NCBI GenBank assembly: GCA_937625935.1
Contig: OW569352.1
Coordinates: 1-64,000, forward strand
Reading direction: 5' to 3'
Length of the DNA: 64,000 bases
Origin: Tetramitus jugosus
Taxonomy: Eukaryota; Protista; Heterolobosea
Under the pieces are notes generated by a model. It was not told where the DNA came from, searched no databases, and saw only the letters and a list, made by a program, of their open reading frames with translations. Below, in pieces: positions 1 to 8,635 of the stretch (its first letter is position 1; every line of letters begins with the position of its first letter). The position numbers were made by a program, and so were the translations under genes.

Positions 1-862
1 CAAACCCAAACCCAAACCCAAAACCCAAAACCAAACCCCAAACCCAAACCCAAAACCCAAACCCAAACCCAAACCCAAACCCAAAACCCAAACCAACCCA
101 ACCCCAAACCCAAACCCAAACCCAAACCCAAACCCAAACCCAAACCCAAACCCCAAACCCAAACCCAAACCCAAACCCAAACCCAAACCCAAACCCAAAC
201 CCAAACCCAAACCCAAACCCAAACCCAAACCCAAACCCAAACCCAAACCCAAACCCAAACCCAAACCCAAACCCAAACCCAAACCCAAACCCAAACCCAA
301 ACCCAAACCCAAACCCAAACCCAAACCCAAACCCAAACCCAAACCCAAACCCAAACCCAAACCCAAACCCAAACCCAAACCCAAACCCAAACCCAAACCC
401 AAACCCAAACCCAAACCCAAACCCAAACCCAAACCCAAACCCAAACCCAAACCCAAACCCAAACCCAAACCCAAACCCAAACCCAAACCCAAACCCAAAC
501 CCAAACCCAAACCCAAACCCAAACCCAAACCCAAACCCAAACCCAAACCCAAACCCAAACCCAAACCCAAACCCAAACCCAAACCCAAACCCAAACCCAA
601 ACCCAAACCCAAACCCAAACCCAAACCCAAACCCAAACCCAAACCCAAACCCAAACCCAAACCCAAACCCAAACCCAAACCCAAACCCAAACCCAAACCC
701 AAACCCAAACCCAAACCCAAACCCAAACCCAAACCCAAACCCAAACCCAAACCCAAACCCAAACCCAAACCCAAACCCAAACCCAAACCCAAACCCAAAC
801 CCAAACCCAAACCCAAACCCAAACCCAAACCCAAACCCAAACCCAAACCCAAACCCAAACCC
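1..862 (+). repeat. Telomere, (CCCAAA)n = (TTTGGG)n on the G-strand
   Basis: Near-perfect 6-bp tandem array at the contig start, C-rich strand 5'. Length variants occur only in the first ~150 bp. Confidence 0.97.
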
Positions 863-939
863 ATGTAAATAACTTCAGAACCAATAGATAACGAACAGAT
901 ATGATAATTTTGACGTAGAAATGCTCTGAGTCCTGAACA

Positions 940-1175
940 GTCAAAAAGAAAAAAGGTTGGGTAAGGGTTTATACACTGGTTGGAGGAGAAGTCAACCCTA
1001 AATGTACTTTTGACATAATTAGTTCGCGATTCAACAGAGATTCAATTGAAGATTCATTGAATGACTACAGAGTCCCCTACGACCTATTCTGTAGATATAC
1101 AATCAAAAAGTAAAAAAGGGTGGGATTTGGGTTTATATGCTGGTTGGAGGTCGATGCAACCGAAATCTGCTTTTC
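940..1175 (+). repeat. Degenerate subtelomeric repeat, two units ~162 bp apart with a GG-rich telomere-like core
   Basis: gtcaaaaagaaaaaaggttgggtaagggtttatacactggttggagg (~940) aligns with atcaaaaagtaaaaaaagggtgggatttgggtttatatgctggttggagg (~1102). Related cores occur at ~2521, ~2693, 3218 and inverted at ~1595-1625. Confidence 0.6.
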
Positions 1176-1710
1176 AACAGAAGCACTTGCACTTTAGTAC
1201 AGATAGATCAGAAAGACATCAAATCAAACTACTTAAAAATCAGGTTGCGGCGTATCTATAAATCGTAATTAGTAGTCACAGATCATGATCAAGACAAAAT
1301 ATAGTTAACTATTGACTGCCATTGTATTTCAGGTTGAACTCCTTCACAAGTCTTCTGTTATATTCATGTTGCTGTATTGTATTCCTTCTGAATTCGTTGT
1401 AATCACTTCGCTCATTGGTCGAAATTCTTTGCTGGATCCAAAAAGCTCCACTGACAAATGACCTGAGATGAAATACAGGAAATCATTTCACGGTCCTGGA
1501 CCGTGAACCTCCCTGTTCGTTGAACCTCAATATCTCCGATCTGATAATAGACTCCAAAATCCATTCAACCCTTGTCCTATATGTCTTCTTTTTACTCCCT
1601 CAACCTATAAGCCACAACTCAACCGAACTAAATTTTGTTTTTACACTAAACTGTAAATTTCAACGCTCTGATACCAAATACAGCTAAATTCTCGGGTTTT
1701 CCTTAACAAC

Positions 1711-1956
1711 AAGACAGACCCAAACCCATCAAAAACCCAACGCAAAAGGAAGTTTTTGACGGAAAAGGAGTCCGTTGAAGCCGAATGGGCTAAACGTTAC
1801 AAAACTCCTGCACAGTCCATTGACTGGGAGAGCCAAAGTGACAATACAACTCCTGCATCTAAAAGAGTGAGAGATGCAGGAAGATGTGTCCTTGATAGGC
1901 CTACCAAACATGTCAAACGTCGTAAACTCGACAGTATGGACTACAAGTGGTATTGA
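1711..1956 (+). pseudogene. Small basic ORF with NLS-like KRRK, copy A (no upstream ATG)
   Basis: Reads ..DPNPSKTQRKRKFLTEKESVEAEWAKR..SKRVRD..KRRKLDSMDYKWY*, homologous to 4009-4311. In-frame stop at 1669-1671 and no ATG before the conserved part. Confidence 0.55.
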
Positions 1957-1977
1957 CCGGAGTTGTGGAGAACCGGA

Positions 1978-2244
1978 ATCGTACGGGGTATGATCCGGAG
2001 ATCCTGAAATTGCCCTACGGGCAATTTCACAACACACGTGTCCCTCAACAAGTTTGTGCAGGGCAGTTGACCTGCACTTTACTATAAAATAAAAAAATCT
2101 GTGTGCACTGTGCATTGTTTAGGCACCGCACCGGAATTGCGCCCAGCCCGAATATTGTTTGCGCAATACTGCACACTATTATAACAACAACAACATCTCA
2201 CTCACCACTCCAGCACCCCATAGTTAGTGTTTGAACCCAAACCC
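1978..2244 (+). ncRNA. Structured 3' RNA of the element, copy A
   Basis: Hairpins at 1978-1994, 2005-2029, 2056-2077 and 2101-2176, with compensatory changes relative to copy B. Confidence 0.65.
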
Positions 2245-2259
2245 AAACCCAAACCCAAA
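2234..2259 (+). repeat. Interstitial telomeric repeats at an element junction
   Basis: aa(cccaaa)x4. Confidence 0.9.
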
Positions 2260-3217
2260 TTTACTTTCTTCTCAAAAATCTAAAATTTCATCCAAATTCC
2301 AAACATAATCGATCTATCATCTGAAAAATGGTCCATCAATATCTATCCAAGTTAAAATCACTCGATTCTTTCCTACTTGCATCTCTTGATCCTCATTCCT
2401 TAGTCTTTGTCGAAAACCAATAGTTTCATCAAATGCTCAACGTCTGAAAGGACTAGAGGCAATCAAGTGAGTCAACACATGTGTTATGAGCAATTATTTC
2501 TATCACACTGAAGTTATGAAGGGTGGGTCTGGGTATTCAACTCTGCACTCAAGGAATTCTGAACAATAGAAATATAATTCTCTCATGAGCTCATCTCCCT
2601 CCTAAATAGTATTTTCTGCAACCTTTCTCAGTCAATTACGTCCATAGATATACTTTCTTATTCAACAAGAGTAACTACACTTGATATATGAGGCGTTGGA
2701 TCTGGGACTTCAGCTCTGCATTCATATGACAAACTAAAACGTTTAGATCTCATTCTGTCAGTAAAAACTGTCAAAAAGTCCTTCTCCAGAATGAAACATC
2801 GCATTCATAATCATCAGTTCTCATAAATCGGTTGACTTCTCCATTTCAAAAGAATTTCAAGTCATTCCAAAGTTAAAGCACTGAAACCCAACTCATTCTG
2901 CCAAAAATCAACAAAAAGTTATAGAAATTAGAGAATGAACGCTCCAAATGCACACCAGGTCAGTCCAAAATCTGAAACAACTGTTCTCTAATCTGACAGT
3001 CCAGTCAATCATATACTTCTAAAAATCACTGTCAGAAACAATCTGTTGCAGTTTTAACCATTTTGCAGAGAAAAATTGTTCAATACAGTAGAGATAGATC
3101 GTCTCCTCAAGACGATACTTCTCAAATTTCGGTAAAAATACTGCCACACTGTTCCGTACTGTCAGCTGAAGCCGCCAGTACTCTCAAAACTCAAAAATAA
3201 AAATCGGAATAATTGTC

Positions 3218-3273
3218 GGGTTGGGTATGGGTTTACCAAAACGCGGATGTAACACCAAACCCAAACCCAACCC
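3218..3273. repeat. Inverted repeat of telomere-like arms (16 of 17 bp paired)
   Basis: gggttgggtatgggttt (3218-3234) versus aaacccaaacccaaccc (3257-3273). Confidence 0.75.
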
Positions 3274-3892
3274 CTGGATCTGCACATCCAATTGGAAAAA
3301 TACTACGTGAACTATGCAGTTCCATTATGGCGCTTTTGCTTCAATGTTTACCAGAAACCATTGAACAAGTACATGTACTCCATGTACAAATCAGCGTCTT
3401 CCTTTGCAGCAAGGAAAGGTTTTATCACGGGTGAGTTGGTGAGATACGCTCGCCTTGTTGATCATTTCAAACAATTTGATTCAATGCGAACATTGTTTGC
3501 CTCTCGGCTAAGAAGAAGAGGATATGACCACCACTTCGTACAACGAATGTTCACAAAGAACAATTACTTTGCACTCGTTGAACGATACTGCAAACCTATT
3601 GACTGGCAAGCTAGAGTGAACAAGTACCAACAAAAGTTGGACTTGCAACACAAACCAAACATTCCACCAATTTGGAAAGTGTTACACTCTGGCAGTGGCA
3701 TCAATTATCGACAATTGATCAATGCCATTTCTCTCTTCAATGAGATTGATTTGCCAAAGGAATTGGTCATTTGCAAATGTCATACTTCCCAACATCAGAG
3801 AAGTGCTGCACACATGCAAAACCAAATTCAACACTTGGGTGCAACAATGTGATCCAATGCCAAACGAAGATAAAAAGAAGCTAGGAAACTAA
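3274..3892 (+). pseudogene. C-terminal fragment of a Penelope-like reverse transcriptase
   Basis: LDLHI..VYQKPLNKYMY..KGFITGELVRYARL..FASRLRRRGY is the characteristic PLE motif-7/thumb signature. A probable frameshift near 3787 leads into PNIREVL..KKLGN*. No GIY-YIG or HNH domain follows. Confidence 0.8.
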
Positions 3893-4008
3893 TGGACGTT
3901 GTTGTTGGTAATCACAAACGTCGTTGGTAGCGTACTTCATTTGCTGCACAACGACTGATCCGATCATTTTCGGAAAGGGGAAGTGGTTATTCAACAATTC
4001 GACGGCAG

Positions 4009-4311
4009 TTGCAGTTGCGACTTCGCAAAACATCACGCGGGTGCGTGATGCTGACGAAGTCAGCAACGCGCCCGATCCCAAACCCACCCAAGACCCAGAA
4101 CAAGAGGTACTTGAGTGAAAAGGAGGCTGTCGAAGCCGCAATGGCTAAAAGACAGAAAGCAACTCCTTCACAGTCCACATGGGACTCCTGCAATGTGAAT
4201 ACAACTGTTGTATCTAAGAGAGTGAGAGATACAACAGGTTGCACATTAATGCAGAGTGCACCCCGCATCAAGAAACGCAAACTTGACAGCATGGACTACA
4301 AGTGGTACTGA
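4009..4311 (+). CDS. Small basic ORF with NLS-like KKRK, copy B (first ATG at 4048)
   Basis: Protein-level conservation with copy A and an identical C-terminal KLDSMDYKWY*. Confidence 0.5.
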   Translation: MQLRLRKTSRGCVMLTKSATRPIPNPPKTQNKRYLSEKEAVEAAMAKRQKATPSQSTWDSCNVNTTVVSKRVRDTTGCTLMQSAPRIKKRKLDSMDYKWY

Positions 4312-4334
4312 ACCACGAGGAATGTAGTGGATAA

Positions 4335-4644
4335 CCGTACGGGGTACGGCTCCAACTGCAATGACAATTCGCCAACGGCCAATTGAAATGGTCCTACGGA
4401 CCATTTAATTGGCCCAATGGGCAATTGCAACCTTCCGAGGTTCAAAACTTTTGTGCAGGGCAGTTGACCTGCACTTTTAGTATAAATAATAATGTTGTGG
4501 TGTAGAGTGCTCATGTTTAGGCACCGCACTAGATTTGCGTCCAGCCCGAATACCTGTGTTGCACGTAAATATATCACAACTAACAACAACAACATCTCAC
4601 TCACCACTCTCAAGCCCCATAGTGGAGTGTTTGAACCCAAACCC
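4335..4644 (+). ncRNA. Structured 3' RNA of the element, copy B
   Basis: Hairpins at 4335-4349, 4386-4406, 4453-4474 and 4494-4580, then a CA-rich linker and terminal aacccaaaccc. Confidence 0.65.
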
Positions 4645-4669
4645 TACCCTGGCAAGATGATGAATCTGG

Positions 4670-5199
4670 GTGGAAGAACCAACGGAAAATATTTCAGATA
4701 ATATCGAGGAAATAAACAACAGGCTGCAGAGAGGACGCGGAGCTTGTGTGATGGTTGAGGGTACACCACAGTACAGACGAGTCAATCGCATGGGAAGGAT
4801 TTTACCAATGCCTGACCTCGTTCCTGGAACATTCGTCGCAACAAGTTCCACCTTTGAAGAAAGACTTCAAGCTTTGGAAAGTCTATCCACCCTCGGAATT
4901 GCACCGAACACTTCGAAAATAAGAGAATATGCCGAACGGAACTATCTGATGTTCTGGGAGGACATGTGTCTGGATAAGAACTTCAAGGCCTATCAATCAG
5001 AGCCATTTCCGATCAAGAAGGTAACTTTTCTCATGTTCCTGTTCTCTATGAGGGTGGAGCCGAGATACAGCTACAAGACCGTGAGGGATACATTTGCTAA
5101 TAGCCTGAGCAATCACCTTAGGGACACCAACAGGGGAATCCAAAGGGTGACTATGGTCTGGATATTTCAAATTTTCTCAGAGCTCTGTTGAGAAAATAG
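4670..5199 (+). pseudogene. N-terminal (core-binding/SAM-like) fragment of a tyrosine recombinase, DIRS/Crypton-like
   Basis: GIAPNTSKIREYAERNYLMF..PFPIKKVTFLMFL..YSYKTVR matches the pattern of eukaryotic YR N-termini. Frameshift near 5135 and no catalytic domain. Confidence 0.5.
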
Positions 5200-5758
5200 A
5201 AGCATATTCTGCCACTCACTTAGTTGAGAGATACTACGAGGAAAATATGAAAACATTATTATAAAGTCTGAAAAAGAAAAAAACAAGGTTGCTAGAGACA
5301 CAACTAACCTATCCTACGGCAACTTTAAACTAATGTGTAACAACCTGAAGAGAAAACGAGAAGTCCAAATTCAGAGAGCAGAAGAAAAATACAGCAAGGA
5401 AAAGGAAAGGTTCAAGGCAAAGTTCGCTCATAGTGAATTCTTCCGAAGGGATCAAGTCAAGCTTGCCGCGAGCTCTGCTAGTCAAATCGTCGATTGATGT
5501 TGAATAATCTATGTTGTTCTTCAAGAACGATAAGTCGTTGTTGTTGATGCTGAGTGCAACTTGATTTTCTAGATCCTCATCGTCCGATGAATGACATGAT
5601 CAACAATTTAAATGTTGTCTTTTGGATATCCAAAACATAGACCTCATGTGATACGAACTCTGATATAAACACACAATCCGGGTGATTTTTCCACAATTCA
5701 GATTCCTATTCAAGTAGTTCTCCTTGATGAATCCATCCGTTGGCAACAGATCGTTCAG

Positions 5759-6431
5759 TCATGAATCCTTTTGCGACAATACACTGAATCTTTGTAAACG
5801 AACTGTGAGTTCTCTCCTGCACAAGCAAATGATAGCACGAAAGAGTGAAATACATTCGGGTCTCGAATGTGTACAAATGTAATTGTACTCAGCAGGTAAT
5901 TCTGACAGACACAAGTTTGCGCTATTTAAAGCAACATTTCGTCGGATATTAACCATAGTTGTTCAGGGAACATGACTTTTTGACGAACAGTATCTCTCTA
6001 GATACTTCAATGACGGTATAAATCAGAAAAGACTTGATAGAACTCACTGCTTCACTTGGGACGGTTCGGTTGAGACTGTCCAAGTAGAGAATAAATATGT
6101 CTTTGATATCCAAGTTACACACAGCTAGCAGTACCCAGTGATGTTGGAGACAAAAAGGAAAAAGAATTAATCTTCTCTCAAAGATTTTATCTCCTTTTCT
6201 GATTCTTTCTGCGCATCGGGCTAGGTCGTATGTCATTAGTTTCGTTTCTTGTGCTGTTAGGACCATTGTCCGCTGGCGATCTACATTCCTCCCAAGATAC
6301 AATAATCTACAGTCTATGATCTGGTCATTTAATTCTGTTCCCTCTTCCAGTGCTTGACTATCCTTCTCGTAGAATGATATACTGTACGCTTCAAAAAGGG
6401 GTTTATCAGAAGTTTCTTCCACTACTATCAC
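5759..6431 (-). pseudogene. Ulp1/SENP-like C48 cysteine protease relic
   Basis: LILFPFCLQHHWVLLAV..ILYLDSL supplies the His and Asp motifs. The frame breaks before an intact QxxxxDCG. Confidence 0.65.
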
Positions 6432-8635
6432 CTTATGATGAGGTGTTGTTGAAGGTGTTTTGGCATCTCGTTTCCTCTTCTTTGGAGTGGTAGGGTCCGG
6501 TGTACATTTTTTTGGTGTTTCGTTCGATGATGAACCTTCATGAATGTGTATGTTTGCTCTTGGGGTTTGAGAGTCTTGATTCTGAGAACTGAGACTATTG
6601 TTACGTAAAAAATCTTCTAGACGACCACTTTGTCTTGATGATTGCCCAGTGTGCTTAGACTGTGTTCATTGAGAAAAACTGCAACTTCATGAGTGTCGGT
6701 GTGTTCAAACTACATTTCTAGTAATGAATTTATGTTTAAAGCAGTTACATAATTAACTCTAAAAGTTAGTTTGGATTTCAATTTTTGTTCTCAGGACACG
6801 GAAAAAGGACAAAGTTGCGGTCCCACCAATTATTCGAATTACCTCTGTCTATTTAAGAATTTCAATTCAAGATAAGAGAGAAAGTGCTGAGAAAAATTGT
6901 GAGATGGATGCTGCTAGACTAAACGCGAATTCAGTAGGACAATGTTCATTGACAACAAATTCAGGAGCATGTTCTCTAGCTGCAGTATGAGCTACTTGTG
7001 CAGTGTCTGCTTTCGAAAACAGGATTCATCAGAGGTTCAACTTTGAACTTATCATTGAGTATTCTTGATTTCAGGAGGGAATTCGAATTAAAGATGCCTT
7101 CTTCCTTCCATCAGAAACATCTCCAAGAGCATCGTTGTTACACCCAAAGCTCTATTACTTCTGGGTGATGGAGCGCAAATTTCTTTGGTATTTCTCCGGT
7201 ATTTCTCGTAAATCTGTTATTTACAAGATTTAATGGAATTGTTGTAGTAGTTAGTATCGTAAGAATCGGTGCAGTATTGAAGAATATTATCGAAACAAAC
7301 AATCAAGTGAGGCTCAAAGGAGATTCGAATTGAAAGAATCTGCGGATCCTCTTCAACTCATCAAAAGAATGATGGTATGTCTGTCTGATCTGAGATTCTT
7401 TTGGAGGAGTTGGTATTCATTCAGGTCAATATTTGGTTCAAACACTCACCCCAAATGTCACATAGCACTCTATCTTGTCTACATTCGATTATAAACCATA
7501 ATTTTTTCCGCCCCTGGTGAAAATTGTTTTGATGACAACCAACCACATTTTGAAAAATTTTTACACACAACAAACGAATACAGACAAGACTCCAACGTTC
7601 ACGTAAATCAACATAGTATTGTCTTCTCGGTCAGGCACACTTCCTATACTGGTTTCGCCTTCATCAAAAGAAGGAGGTCGTTGAAGAAGAAGTGCTCTGG
7701 AAGTTATGTAATTCAGCTTTGGACACCCTCCCTAGTGGTATGGGTCAGTATCAATGTTACTGGAACAATTACTATGGAGGGGACAAATTGAATCTGGATA
7801 CCGTGAAGAGAGCCTATGGTACAAAAGGTACCGCTAGATCAAACAGAACGATCTCATTATTCAAGGAGAGTACCATGAACCTTATGCTCATGAAGGCCTC
7901 AAGTTATTCAGTTGTTTGCTCTCAGAGGGCAAGAGGAGAACAGATTTGGCTGTGTGTCGTGGAAGGATAATGGTTCCCAGCCAACGAATTTTTACTCCTG
8001 GGTCATACAAAATGAACATGGTGAATCAGAAACCTAATCATCGCAATGCTTCTTGGAGGCGCTGTTGTTTTTTATGCTTTGTTGAAGATGGTGTTCATAA
8101 ACAGTTGGGTCTATTACATTTATGTATGTGCAAAAACAGATAGAGAGTTGCAGGCATCCTATACCAAGACTTTCTTTGTCCGAATTATCTGAGGATTATG
8201 CAAAATTCAAAAGGAATGAGGTCAAATTACGTGAGGAGAAGAGGAAAAGAAAGAACAGAGAGAGAATGAGAGTGAAAAGAAGCCAGGAACAGCTTCAGAT
8301 TCTGCGGTCTCTCCTTGGTTGACCCCGAAAACTGGTTTCCTTTTTCGTTTGAATGATTGTGGGTCAAACACAATTTCTTCGAAATCTCCGCTCAAAAATT
8401 TCTCAAAAACCGAAATCACGCATATCATTATATCATTGTGATAAAATCCAATCTCCATCTGCACCCAAGCACAGCTTCCACTGTGTTTCTAGAAAAATTC
8501 GGAGTAATTATTAGCACCAGAAAGTATCTACGTTTGAATTCGAAAGTCAAATGTGAGATTGATGTGACAGAGAGTAACTGTGGTGATTTTGGTTAACACT
8601 TGTGGCAAAAACAAACACAACATAATTTCACAACA

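Larger units (their letters stand above)
1711..2259 (+). mobile_element. 3' module (copy A) of a telomere-associated Penelope-like retroelement
   Basis: Colinear homology to 4072-4644 (small ORF ending KLDSMDYKWY*, same hairpins, same terminal tgtttgaacccaaaccc). It runs directly into CCCAAA repeats. Confidence 0.75.
3274..4644 (+). mobile_element. 5'-truncated endonuclease-less Penelope-like element (Athena/Coprina-like), copy B
   Basis: Starts directly after telomeric repeats in the RT LDLxI motif. Contains the RT thumb, a hairpin-rich spacer, a small ORF and a structured 3' end finishing in aacccaaaccc. Confidence 0.75.

Noticed and set aside
3245-3289. Pseudoknot ggatgt/acatcc around a telomeric template (telomerase-RNA-like)
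   Set aside because: The 3' arm lies in the RT coding fragment across the truncation junction, so the pairing is probably chance.
3945-4066. Hammerhead ribozyme (ctgatccga..gaaa; ctgacga)
   Set aside because: The first core is not CUGANGA and has no stem III or NUH site. The second CUGACGA lies inside a hairpin with no GAAA partner.
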